From NCBI GenBank assembly GCA_963814585.1, contig CAWFDF010000013.1, positions 32,001-96,000 of the forward strand: DNA of 64,000 nt, in the 5' to 3' direction. The position numbers and the translations under genes were made by a program. This stretch comes from an uncultured delta proteobacterium. GTDB lineage: Bacteria; Myxococcota; Myxococcia; Myxococcales; Anaeromyxobacteraceae. Position 1 is the first letter of the stretch. Every line of letters starts with the position of its first letter. Positions 11,811 to 25,167 of this stretch are shown here, piece by piece. The notes below the pieces were generated by a model that saw nothing but the letters and a program-made list of their open reading frames with translations, was not told where the DNA came from and made no database searches.

Positions 11811-13068
11811 GGGCGCGGTCGAGCAGCGCCGCCTGCCGTTCGGGCGCCGGTTCATGCTCTTCATGGCCGTGCTCGGCCCCGGCCTCATCACCGCCAGCGT
11901 CGACAACGACGCCGGCGGCATCACCACCTACTCGGTGGCGGGGGCGACCTGGGGCTACGACCTGCTCTGGACCCTCATCCCCATCACCGTGGCGCTCATC
12001 GTGGTCCAGGAGATGAGCGCCCGCATGGGCGTGGTCACCGGCAAGGGGCTCTCGGATCTCATCCGGGAGAACTTCGGCGTCCGCGTCACCTTCTGGATGT
12101 CGATCGCGCTCATCCTCGCCAACCTCGGCAACGTCATCGCCGAGTTCGCCGGCGTGGCGGCCAGCCTCCAGATCTTCGGCGTGCCCATCTGGCTCTCGGT
12201 CCCGGCGGCGGCGCTGGCGGTCTGGCTGCTGGTGCTGAAGGGGACCTACCGCTCGGTGGAGAAGTTCTTCCTGGTGGCGTCGATCTTCTACGTCGCCTAC
12301 CCCATCACCCTCTTCTTCGCCAGGCCGGACTGGGGCGAGATCGGCACCGCCCTGGTGGTCCCGCGCCTCCACGCCGACGGCGCCTACGTCGCCATGCTCA
12401 TCGGCATGGTCGGCACCACCATCGCGCCCTGGATGCAGTTCTACCTGCAGGCCGCCGTGGTGGAGAAGGGCATCAAGCCGGAGCAGTACGGCATGTCGCG
12501 GCTCGACGTGATCGCCGGCTGCATCGTCACCGACGTGGTGGCCTTCGCCATCGTGGTGGCCTGCGCCGCCACGCTCCACGGCGCCGGCGTGCAGGTGGAG
12601 ACGGCCGGGCAAGCCGCCATGGCGCTGGAGCCGCTGGCCGGCCGCCACGCCTCCTGGCTCTTCGCCTTCGGCCTCTTCAACGCCAGCTTCTTCGCCGCCG
12701 CCATCCTGCCGCTCTCCACCGCCTACTACGTCTGCGAGGCCTTCGGCTGGGAGTCGGGCGTGGATCGCACCTACGGCGAGGCGCGCCAGTTCTACTGGCT
12801 CTACACCTCGATCCTGGTGATCGGGGCCGCGGTGGTGCTCTGGCCCAGGCTGCCGCTGGTGCCCATCATGCTGGTGTCCCAGGTGCTGAACGGCATGCTG
12901 CTGCCCTTCATCCTGATCTTCATGCTCCTCCTCATCAACAAGGAGAAGCTGATGGGCCCGTGGCGCAACGGCCGGTGGTTCAACGGCGTGGCCTGGTCGC
13001 TCACCGCCGTGATGATCCTGCTGACCGGGTACCTGGTGGCGATCAGCCTGAAGGACCTGCTGGCCTGA
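11800..13068 (+). CDS. NRAMP-family divalent metal transporter (NrmT/Mg2+-type clade)
   Basis: About 11 TM segments; GPGLIT..DNDAGGITTY, QEMSARMG and GTTIAPW motifs. Confidence 0.9.
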   Translation: MPAEGAVEQRRLPFGRRFMLFMAVLGPGLITASVDNDAGGITTYSVAGATWGYDLLWTLIPITVALIVVQEMSARMGVVTGKGLSDLIRENFGVRVTFWMSIALILANLGNVIAEFAGVAASLQIFGVPIWLSVPAAALAVWLLVLKGTYRSVEKFFLVASIFYVAYPITLFFARPDWGEIGTALVVPRLHADGAYVAMLIGMVGTTIAPWMQFYLQAAVVEKGIKPEQYGMSRLDVIAGCIVTDVVAFAIVVACAATLHGAGVQVETAGQAAMALEPLAGRHASWLFAFGLFNASFFAAAILPLSTAYYVCEAFGWESGVDRTYGEARQFYWLYTSILVIGAAVVLWPRLPLVPIMLVSQVLNGMLLPFILIFMLLLINKEKLMGPWRNGRWFNGVAWSLTAVMILLTGYLVAISLKDLLA

Positions 13069-13100
13069 CGGCCCGGCCGGGACCGGCCGCCGCGCCTCCC

Positions 13101-17134
<4,034 letters not shown>

Positions 17135-17139
17135 CTGGC

Positions 17140-18258
17140 GTGGACGATGGCGGCGGTCTGCCGGCGTGGCTCTCACCCGGGGCGCGGGTCCCGGTACGGT
17201 ACGTCGATATCGACGACCGCACCACCGCGGCGTCCGCGCTGGCCCAGGTGCGTGGCGGCGCGACGCTGATCTACCGCGGTGACTACCGGAACGCCCGACA
17301 ATTGCTGGCCGCCCTGGGGCGCCGCCTGGGCCAGCGAGACGCCCACCTGGGCCGGGGACGTGCCGCACGCGACCTGTTCCTGGAGGAGCGGCGCCGTCAC
17401 CGGCTGGAGCACGAGACGCTCTCGCGGCTGGCGGTCCCGGTCGAGGCCGGCCCGGGCGGACCGCGGGTGGCCCTGCAGAACGCCCCCGACGTGGCGCAGG
17501 CGCTCACCGAGGCGCTGGGCGAGCCGATCCCACTCCCCGGCGCGCTGCCGCTGCGCGACCTGCTCGGCATGATCGGCGCCCACGAGTGGCGCCGGAAGGG
17601 GGTCGAGGTGCCTTCCCTGGGAGCCCACCTGCACACCCGCTGGGGGGTCTTCGCCCCGGTGCGCGGCGAGCACGTCGAGCTCACCGCCGAGGCGGTGAAG
17701 CGCTGGCCGGTGGCGGGGAAGCGGGCGCTCGACGTCGGCACCGGGACCGGCGTGCTGGCGCTCCTGCTGGCCCGGGCCGGCGCCCAGGTCACGGCCACCG
17801 ACCTGCTCCCCGCCGCCGTGGCCTGCGCGCGGGAGAACGCGCAGCGGCTCGGGGTCGCCGACCGGGTCGAGGTGCTGCAGGCCGATCTCTACCCCGAGGG
17901 GCGATTCGACGTGGTGGTCTGCAACCCCCCGTGGCTGCCGCACGAGGCGGTGACGGCGCTCGACCGGGCCGTCTACGACCCGGGTGGCCGCTTCCTGGCT
18001 CGCTTCCTCGAGGGGCTGGCGTCGCACCTGGCGCCCGGCGGCGAGGGGTGGCTGATCCTCTCCGACCTCGCCGAGCGGCTCGGCCTGCGCGCGGAGGGGG
18101 AGCTGGACCGGCAGCTCGAGGGGGCCGGGCTGGAGGTGGCCGGCGGTCTCGAGGCGACCCCCCGCCACCCGCGCAGCCGGGACACCACCGACCCGCTCCA
18201 CCAGGTCCGCTCGCAGGAGGTGACGGCGTTGCGCCGGCTGGTGTCGAAGCGGGGGTGA
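17140..18258 (+). CDS. Class I SAM-dependent methyltransferase (MTS/HemK-like)
   Basis: [11 protein letters not shown]-binding motif and NPPW motif; start uncertain (17116 or 17140). Confidence 0.85.
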   Translation: MDDGGGLPAWLSPGARVPVRYVDIDDRTTAASALAQVRGGATLIYRGDYRNARQLLAALGRRLGQRDAHLGRGRAARDLFLEERRRHRLEHETLSRLAVPVEAGPGGPRVALQNAPDVAQALTEALGEPIPLPGALPLRDLLGMIGAHEWRRKGVEVPSLGAHLHTRWGVFAPVRGEHVELTAEAVKRWPVAGKRALDVGTGTGVLALLLARAGAQVTATDLLPAAVACARENAQRLGVADRVEVLQADLYPEGRFDVVVCNPPWLPHEAVTALDRAVYDPGGRFLARFLEGLASHLAPGGEGWLILSDLAERLGLRAEGELDRQLEGAGLEVAGGLEATPRHPRSRDTTDPLHQVRSQEVTALRRLVSKRG

Positions 18259-18328
18259 ACCCGAATTTCGCGTTGCCTGCCGATCGGTGACGGCGCATGG
18301 GAGTGGATCGAACCCTCCGGAGGTCCCC

Positions 18329-18898
18329 ATGGCGTTCCTGGCGCAGCTCTGGTTGCCCATCGTCGTCTCGGCCGTGCTGGTCTTCGTGGTCTCGGCGGTC
18401 ACCCACATGTTCATCCCCGCCCGCCAGACCGAGTGGGGGCACCTCCCCAAGGAGGGCGACCTGCAGGAGGCGCTGCGAGGCGCCAGGCCCGGGCTCTACG
18501 GCTTCCCCATGCCGGCCAGCCCCGACCAGCGCAACAAGCCGGCGGCCATGCAGCGCTGGGCCGAGGGGCCGTCGGGCTGGCTCGCGCTGGTCCCGGCCGG
18601 GCCCATCGACATGGGGCGGAACCTCGGCCTCTCGCTGCTGATGAACCTCTTCGTGTCGTTCGTGGCCGCCTACGTCGCCACGCTCACCCTCGGCTCCGTT
18701 CCCCTCTCGATGGTGCCGCACGAGCGGGTGGTCTTCCGGGTCGTCAGCAGCATCGGCTTCCTGGCCTACGCCGTCGGGCCCATCTACGAGGCCATCTGGT
18801 TCTGGAGGCCGTGGAAGTCGCTGGCCTACACCGCGGTGGACGCGCTGCTCTACGGGCTGGTCATGGGCGGGACGTTCGGCTGGCTCTGGCCGAGGTAG
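18329..18898 (+). CDS. Hypothetical integral membrane protein (about 4 TM)
   Basis: GGAGG RBS, hydrophobic segments, normal GC3-type codon usage. Confidence 0.8.
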   Translation: MAFLAQLWLPIVVSAVLVFVVSAVTHMFIPARQTEWGHLPKEGDLQEALRGARPGLYGFPMPASPDQRNKPAAMQRWAEGPSGWLALVPAGPIDMGRNLGLSLLMNLFVSFVAAYVATLTLGSVPLSMVPHERVVFRVVSSIGFLAYAVGPIYEAIWFWRPWKSLAYTAVDALLYGLVMGGTFGWLWPR

Positions 18899-18925
18899 GG
18901 TGAGCGCCGGCCGGCCGCACCTCAC

Positions 18926-19939
18926 CTACCGCTCCTTCAGCGCCTCCAGCTCCGGCGTCGTCGGTCGCAGCTTCCCGCTCTTCAGGAACCATCGCAGGGT
19001 GTCGCGCGCCGACTCCTCGAACGGCCGGATGGTGTAGTCGAGCTCCCGCTGCGCCTTGGCGCTGGTGACGAAGGTGTAGAGCGCGCTGGCCCGCAGCAGG
19101 TCGGGGTTGATGGCAGGCGCCGGCCCACCCAGGCTGGCCAGCAACCCCATCGCCTTGATCGCCGCCGACGCCAGCGCGTAGGGGACGCGCCGCGGGGGCG
19201 GCACGCCCGCCATCCGGCAGATCCGGCCGACCATCTCGTCCATGGTCAGGTTGTGGCCTCCGAGGATGTAGGCCTCTCCGACCCGCCCGCGCTCCAGCGC
19301 CACCACGTGACCGCGCGCCACGTCGCGCACGTCGCAGAAGCTGGCCCCGCCCTGCACGTAGACCGGCAGCTTCCTCCTGGCCAGGGCCATCACCAGCGAC
19401 GCCGACGACAGGTAGACGTCGCCCGGCCCCAGCACGAAGGAGGGGCGCACCACCACCAGCGGCAACCCGCGGGCGGCCAGGTCGAGGGCCGTCTCCTCGC
19501 CGCGCTTCTTGGACACGAAGTAGTGGAGCCCCAGGGTCTCGGCGCTCGAGGTGGTCTCCTCGTCCATCACCCGCGGCACCGCCGCCCCGCCCAGCACCGC
19601 CGTCGAGGAGGTGAGCACCGCCCGCTCCACCCCGGCCGCCAGCGCCGCGCCCAGCACCACCTCCACGCCGCCGGCGTTGGCCGCGAAGAGCTGCCTCCGG
19701 TCCCCGCCGATGTCGGGGAGCCCGGCGGCGTGGACCACCGCCTGGCAGCCCCGCAGCGCCTCCTCCACGCTGGGCCGATCGAGCATGTCTCCCCGTGCCA
19801 GCTCCACCCTGGTCACGTCGAGGTTGGCGAGGTTGGAGCCGGGCCGGACCAGCGCCCGGACCTCGTGGCCGCGGGCCAGCAGCTCGCCGACCACCGCTCC
19901 TCCGACCAGCCCGGTGGCGCCGGTGACCAGGGTCTTCAT
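18926..19939 (-). CDS. NAD-dependent epimerase/dehydratase (dihydroflavonol reductase/HpnA-like extended SDR)
   Basis: TGATGLVG, YxxxK (YFVSK) and DVRDVARGH motifs. Confidence 0.88.
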   Translation of the reverse strand: MKTLVTGATGLVGGAVVGELLARGHEVRALVRPGSNLANLDVTRVELARGDMLDRPSVEEALRGCQAVVHAAGLPDIGGDRRQLFAANAGGVEVVLGAALAAGVERAVLTSSTAVLGGAAVPRVMDEETTSSAETLGLHYFVSKKRGEETALDLAARGLPLVVVRPSFVLGPGDVYLSSASLVMALARRKLPVYVQGGASFCDVRDVARGHVVALERGRVGEAYILGGHNLTMDEMVGRICRMAGVPPPRRVPYALASAAIKAMGLLASLGGPAPAINPDLLRASALYTFVTSAKAQRELDYTIRPFEESARDTLRWFLKSGKLRPTTPELEALKER

Positions 19940-19948
19940 GGCGCGGAA

Positions 19949-20320
19949 CTACGCCTCGGCCGGGGGACGGAAGCGCCGGACGGCCGCCAGCAGCTCGTCG
20001 AGCTCGAACGGCTTCTGCAGCACCAGGTCGGCCGCCCTGGCCGCGGCTCCGTCGGGACGGGTCCCGGTCATGAGCACGGCCGGGATGGGGCGGGTCGCCG
20101 CGTCGGCCCGCAGCCGCTCCAGGAACTGGGCGCCGCCCATCCCCGGCATGAACAGGTCGACGAGGATCACGTCGGGCCGGCTGGCCGCGAGCCGATCCAG
20201 CCCCTCGCCGCCGTCGCTGGCCTGGTCCACGCGGAACCCCTCGAAGCGCAGGTAGTCGGCCAGCGCCTCACGGAGCCCCGCGTCGTCCTCGATGACGAGA
20301 ATCGCCCCCTCGTCCCGCAC
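19949..20320 (-). CDS. Single-domain response regulator
   Basis: ILVIEDD, phospho-acceptor DLFMP and KPF motifs. Confidence 0.9.
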   Translation of the reverse strand: MRDEGAILVIEDDAGLREALADYLRFEGFRVDQASDGGEGLDRLAASRPDVILVDLFMPGMGGAQFLERLRADAATRPIPAVLMTGTRPDGAAARAADLVLQKPFELDELLAAVRRFRPPAEA

Positions 20321-20371
20321 GCCGTCACTCTACCATCGTCACGGCGCGGCGGCCTCCTTCCCGGCGCGCCG

Positions 20372-22333
20372 TCAGCCACCGGGCCGGAAGCGGCGCTCGA
20401 TCCGGGTCCGCAGCAGCTCCAGCAGCCCGTCCTCCGCCAGCCCGGCCTCCGGCGCGAGCCGCAGGGTGAGGCCGCCGCGGCCCCCCACGGCCGCCCGGGG
20501 CGAGAGCGGCTTCACGCCCGCCCCGGCACGCCCGCCGGGTGACAGCCGGAGCGCCTGGCGCACCACGGGCGCCTGGTAGGGATCGAGGTAGAGCTCGGCG
20601 AAGCGCTCCAGCAGATCGTGCACGGTCAGCTCGGCCCGCTCCGCCGCGAGGAGCTGGAAGCCCAGCGTCGCACCGCCCAGCGCCACCCGCTCCTCGACCA
20701 CCAGCCCGAGGGCCAGCGAGACGGGCGCCAGCGCCTCCAGCCCCTCCGCCTCCCCGTACCGCCAGTAGCTCCGCAGCACGCCGCCGCAGCGCGGGCAGAC
20801 CACGCCGTGCCTCTCGTCGAGGCCGCGAGTCCGGAGCAGGTGCAGGCCGAGCACGGACCGGCGGCAGCGCCCGCAGCGCTCCTCGGGCCCCAGCACGCCC
20901 AGCACCGAGCGCGCCACCTCCGCCACCACGCCGTGATCGAGCGCCAGACGGACCCCGGCCGCCAGTCCCGGCTCGGCCAGCTGGGGCCCCGCCACCACCT
21001 CCTCCTGCCCGAGCCGCGCGCCGACCACGACGTGGCGTGGCGCCCTGGCCAGTGCCTCCGCCAGCGGCGGCGCCCCCGGCCACGCCGACCGCATCACCTC
21101 CCAGCGCGCCGCCAGGCCGGACGCCTCCGCCACCGCGGGCGGCGGGCGGTCGCCGGCCGCCTCCAGGAGGAAGGCCAGCACCGTCAGGCCGGCCTCCCAG
21201 GGCGAGCGCGCCGCCGCCTCCTCCAGCCAGCGGGCCAGCGCCCTGGCCGGCGCCCCGGCGCGCGTGAGGTCGAGCCGCGCCGCGCTCCGGCGCACCAGCG
21301 CGCTCTCCGCCAGCGGGTCGAACGGCCGCCGCGACAGCGCGCCGCCCCGCTTCCCAGTCGGTTCGCCCATCGCTCTTCGCCGCTCCCTTCCCAGGTCCCG
21401 TGCCACCCGCGCCGCGGCGTCGAGCCGCGCCAGCGCATCGACCCCGGCCTCCGCCGCCTCGGCGAGGAGGGAGGCCGCCTCCTCCGCGAGGAAGTCGCCT
21501 CCCAGCCCCTGCCTCGCCTGCGCCTCGCGCCACAGCCTCGAGGTCTCCGTCCCGGCCAGCCGATCGCGCTCGCGCCTCAGCGAGGCCGCGACCCGCTCCA
21601 GCTGCTCGATGCGGCGCGCCAGGTGGGCTCGCCGCTCCTCGTCGCCGAGCTCGCCCGGCGGCTCGCCGGCGCCCACCTTCTCGGCCATCAGCTCCAGCGC
21701 CGTCCGATCCTGCGCCGCCCACGCCGCGTTGACGCGGGCCATGAGATCGCCCAGGCGCCGCCGCTCGCCGTCGTCCTGCGCCAGGTCGGGGTGGAGCAGC
21801 CTCGCCAGCCGCCGGTAGAGCTGCTTCAGCTCCGCCGCCAGTTTCTCCGCCGTGGGCACCTCGACCGGCTCCTGGCCCCGGCCGCTGGCCGCCTCCGGGC
21901 TCCAGGACGCCTCGTCGCCGGGCTCCGTGGCGTCCCCGGCCTCGACCCGCCCGTCCTGGCCCGTCCGCCCCGCGCCGCGGCCCTTCCTGGCCGCGACGCG
22001 GCGCCCCCCTCGACCCGCCACGCGCCGCGCCGGCCCGCCGGGCGACGCGATCCGTGCGCGCTCCCGCTCCAGCCCCTCGGCGAGCACCCTCAGCCGGCGC
22101 ACCAGCCCCGCGGCGCGGGCCAGCGCGGCGTCGGGAGGTCCCAGGCGCCGCTCCACCTCGACGGCGAATCGCGCCAGGTCCGCCGACAGCGACTCGACCT
22201 CGGCGTCCAGCGCCCCCACCTCGGCCAGCAGCGCGACGAGGCGGGCCTGGGCCTCGGCCACCGGATTGGCGGGCCGCTCGCCGGCGGCCGCCAGGGTCAG
22301 GCGCCTGGCGAGCCCGCGCTCGGTCTCGGCCAT
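20372..22333 (-). CDS. J-domain-containing coiled-coil protein with C-terminal zinc ribbon
   Basis: LKQLYRRLARLLHPD..MARVNAAW (J-domain HPD motif); CGRC and CPRC pairs. Confidence 0.75.
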   Translation of the reverse strand: MAETERGLARRLTLAAAGERPANPVAEAQARLVALLAEVGALDAEVESLSADLARFAVEVERRLGPPDAALARAAGLVRRLRVLAEGLERERARIASPGGPARRVAGRGGRRVAARKGRGAGRTGQDGRVEAGDATEPGDEASWSPEAASGRGQEPVEVPTAEKLAAELKQLYRRLARLLHPDLAQDDGERRRLGDLMARVNAAWAAQDRTALELMAEKVGAGEPPGELGDEERRAHLARRIEQLERVAASLRRERDRLAGTETSRLWREAQARQGLGGDFLAEEAASLLAEAAEAGVDALARLDAAARVARDLGRERRRAMGEPTGKRGGALSRRPFDPLAESALVRRSAARLDLTRAGAPARALARWLEEAAARSPWEAGLTVLAFLLEAAGDRPPPAVAEASGLAARWEVMRSAWPGAPPLAEALARAPRHVVVGARLGQEEVVAGPQLAEPGLAAGVRLALDHGVVAEVARSVLGVLGPEERCGRCRRSVLGLHLLRTRGLDERHGVVCPRCGGVLRSYWRYGEAEGLEALAPVSLALGLVVEERVALGGATLGFQLLAAERAELTVHDLLERFAELYLDPYQAPVVRQALRLSPGGRAGAGVKPLSPRAAVGGRGGLTLRLAPEAGLAEDGLLELLRTRIERRFRPGG

Positions 22334-22349
22334 GGAAAGGACCTCGCCC

Positions 22350-22977
22350 CTAGAACTCGAGCCCGGCCCCGGCCGAGAGGCCGAACGTCGTGCCTCCCAG
22401 CTCGTACGGCAGCGAGCCGGTGCCGCCGGAGACCGGCTCCAGGGTCACGTCCTTCTTCACCAGGTCCCATCGGGCGAACGCCGCGATCGAGCCGATGACC
22501 TTCAAGGGACCGATGGGCACGCGCAGCACCAGCATGGGGCGGACGCCGACGTAGGGGAGCCAGACCGAGGTGGCGCTGGAGTAGTCGACGCTGCCTTCGC
22601 TGACGGCGATGTTGGAGATCTTGTGCCCACCCAGCTCGCCGAGCAGGTCGAGGCGAAGCGAGTCACCGAGCGGAAGGGCGAGGCCGACCACCGGCGTCAG
22701 CACCGCGCTGTCGGCGGTGCCGGAGATGGATTCCGCCCTCGTAGACGACCCCGAGGTCGAGGACCCCGAGCCGCAGCAGCCCGATGCCCCCCGTCATCGA
22801 GGCGCTGTCCTGCAGCATGTCCGTCCCCTGGCTGGCGATGCCGGCCTCCAGCCCGCCGACGTCGTAGCGGGAGACACCCCAGAGGAGCTGGAGGGAGAGA
22901 CCCCAGGAGTCGTCGGCGCGGACGGTGCCGGGTGCGACGAGGAGCGCGGCGAGGAGCGCGGCGGTGGGCAGGCGCAT
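22350..22977 (-). CDS. Secreted outer-membrane beta-barrel-like protein, split by a frameshift near 22728
   Basis: Signal-peptide ORF (MRLPTAALLAALLV..) continues in another frame as ISGTADSAVLTPVVG..AGLEF with a terminal Phe; total length 3n+1. Confidence 0.65.
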
Positions 22978-23130
22978 CGTGGACTCCGGGTGGATGGAGG
23001 GCGAGGACCACGTGGAGACGCCCGGTGGCACGGGTCCATTCACCCCGGAGCATAGGTCCCGGCGCCGCGGGAGGCCACCCCGGCGTGGCGAGGCGCCCTC
23101 CGGACGAGGACGGGCGGCCGCCCCCGGAGG

Positions 23131-23147
23131 AGCGCCGCCCGTGCCAA
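23131..23147 (-). promoter_or_regulatory. Putative sigma54 (-24/-12) promoter upstream of the beta-barrel gene
   Basis: Minus strand reads TTGGCACGGGCGGCGCT (GG-N10-GC with a perfect TGGCACG). Confidence 0.5.
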
Positions 23148-23166
23148 GCCATCCAGCCAGCAGCGG

Positions 23167-23400
23167 CTAGGTCTTCTTGGTCTCGCCCTTCTTCTCGCCG
23201 GCCTTCGACTTGCAGTGATTGCAGGTGCACTTGTCGCCGCACTTGCAGGTGCCGCCGTCCTTGGTGCAGTGGCAGGCCGTGTCGGGCTTCTTGTCGGCCT
23301 GGGCGGTGGTGTCCTTGCCGTTCTTGCAGCCGTCGCAGGCGGAGGCCGGGGCGGCGAAGAGGGCGATGGCAGCGGCGCCGCCGAGCAGGTACTTCAGCAT
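23167..23400 (-). CDS. Small secreted Cys-rich, metallothionein-like protein (77 aa)
   Basis: AAGGAG RBS; signal peptide ending ASA; mature part has CxxC, three CxC and one more Cys (9 Cys, 2 His). Confidence 0.8.
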   Translation of the reverse strand: MLKYLLGGAAAIALFAAPASACDGCKNGKDTTAQADKKPDTACHCTKDGGTCKCGDKCTCNHCKSKAGEKKGETKKT

Positions 23401-23454
23401 GTGTGTCTCCTTCGATGGGGCCGCGCGGGCGGCCGGTGGGGTCATGGGTTGACG

Positions 23455-23484
23455 ACCATAGGCGTTCCGATTGACCCCTGTCAA
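23455..23484 (-). promoter_or_regulatory. Sigma70 promoter overlapped by a TTGAC-N4-GTCAA palindrome
   Basis: Minus strand TTGACA-N18-TATGGT; palindrome TTGACCCCTGTCAA at 23471-23484. Confidence 0.6.
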
Positions 23485-23572
23485 CGTGGCGGAAGGCCGT
23501 CCCGCAGGTCGCCGGCCGATCCCACCGAGTCCGTTTGTGCGATGCAGATCATGCAGTTAGAGTGCGCGCCCG

Positions 23573-24709
23573 ATGAGCCCTCTCGACCCCTCCAGCCTGC
23601 TCGCCATGCTGCGCGACCCCAACGTGGAGAGCGCCCAGATCGCCGAGGCGGCGGGCGTCCCTCGCGAGGAGGCGGGGCGCGCCGCGCGGCTGCTCATGAC
23701 GCTCCCTCGCGCCAAGGCCGAGGAGATCGCCTCGCTGCCCACGCCGCTGGCCACCGCCGTGCTCCACGCCGCGGCGCAGGCCGGCCGCGTCGACCTGGTG
23801 GCCTCGCTGGCGGCCCGCCCGGAGAAGGAGCTGGCCAAGGAGGCCAAGCGCCAGCTCCACCGGCTCAGGCTGCGCGGCGTGGCCATCCCCGAGGCCCCGC
23901 CGCCGGCCCCGGCCCTCCCGCCACCGCCCGAGCCTCCACCCACCGCGTACGGCTCGATCCTCGACGGGCAGGGCGAGCGGGCCGTCTGGCTCCCGCGCAA
24001 CGTGCCGGGGCGCGGCCTCGAGGTGGCGCAGGCGGTCTGCTCCGACGTGCGTGGCCTCGTCGAGCTGCACCTCGGCCTGGTGGGGCGCAAGGAGTGGCGA
24101 GCCTTCGTGAAGGGGCTGCTGGATTGCGGCGCCGCCATGGGCGTGGCCGAGCTCGACTGGGCCGAGGCCCACGCCCGGATCGCCGCGGCCCGGGCGCTCA
24201 ACGAGACCTCGGGGCAGCGGGTGCCGGACGGCGCCGACCAGTGGCTCGGCCAGCTGGGCCCGTCCCCGCCGCTCCCCGATCCCGTCGCGGCGCTGCCGGC
24301 GCTCGATGCCGAGGACGAGCGGGCGGCGCTGGCGGCCTCGGCGGAGCTCCACGAGCTCCCGCTGCTGCGCGGCTGGCTGGGCGAGGAGGCCTTCCTGCGC
24401 GAGGTGGCGGGCAGGCTGGACGAGGTGGAGAAGTCCCCGCTGGCGCTCGACGCCGCCAAGAAGGCCGAGCGGCTGCGCACGCTGGTGCGGGAGGCGGTGG
24501 ACCGCTACTTCACGCCCGAGCGGCGCGACCGGCTCGCCGGCCGGCTCATCGAGGTGGCGGCCTGGTTCGCCCGCACCGGCCTCCCCGACCGTTCGGCCCA
24601 GGCGGCCGCGGCTGCCCGGGCCCTGGCCGCCGGCCTCCCCGCGGGCCAGGTGCCGTTCGCGGCCCGGCTCATCGAGAAGGCCTTCAAGGTGGACGGCGCC
24701 GCCGTTTGA
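23573..24709 (+). CDS. Hypothetical protein (378 aa)
   Basis: Long ORF with normal codon usage; preceded by TTGTGC-N17-TAGAGT; first gene of a co-directional run. Confidence 0.8.
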   Translation: MSPLDPSSLLAMLRDPNVESAQIAEAAGVPREEAGRAARLLMTLPRAKAEEIASLPTPLATAVLHAAAQAGRVDLVASLAARPEKELAKEAKRQLHRLRLRGVAIPEAPPPAPALPPPPEPPPTAYGSILDGQGERAVWLPRNVPGRGLEVAQAVCSDVRGLVELHLGLVGRKEWRAFVKGLLDCGAAMGVAELDWAEAHARIAAARALNETSGQRVPDGADQWLGQLGPSPPLPDPVAALPALDAEDERAALAASAELHELPLLRGWLGEEAFLREVAGRLDEVEKSPLALDAAKKAERLRTLVREAVDRYFTPERRDRLAGRLIEVAAWFARTGLPDRSAQAAAAARALAAGLPAGQVPFAARLIEKAFKVDGAAV

Positions 24710-24744
24710 CGCGGCGGGTCCAGAAGCGCTACGAGTCGCCCGGC

Positions 24745-25167
24745 ATGACCGCCCACCGCAACCCCGCGCCCACCGTGGACGTGATCATCTCGCTGCCCGG
24801 GGATCGGGTGGTGCTGGTGGCGCGTCGCTTCGAGCCGCTCGGCTGGGCGCTCCCCGGGGGCTTCGTCGACGAGGGCGAGACCGTGGAGGCCGCGGCGGTG
24901 CGCGAGGCGCGCGAGGAGACCGGGCTGGCCGTGACGCTGACCGACCTGCTCTGGGTCTACTCGGATCCCCGCCGCGATCCCCGCCGGCACACGCTGAGCG
25001 CCGTGTTCCTCGGTCGCGCCGACGGCGAGCCGCGCGGCGGCGACGACGCCGCCGAGGCCCGCGCCTTCGGCTGGAGCGAGCTGCCTGCCTCGCTCTGCTT
25101 CGACCACGCGGAGATCCTGGCCGACGCCCGCCGCCTGCTCCTCACCGGGACCCGCCGCCGCCCATGA
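24745..25167 (+). CDS. NUDIX hydrolase
   Basis: Nudix box GGFVDEGETVEAAAVREAREETGL; SDPRRDPR. Confidence 0.92.
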   Translation: MTAHRNPAPTVDVIISLPGDRVVLVARRFEPLGWALPGGFVDEGETVEAAAVREAREETGLAVTLTDLLWVYSDPRRDPRRHTLSAVFLGRADGEPRGGDDAAEARAFGWSELPASLCFDHAEILADARRLLLTGTRRRP

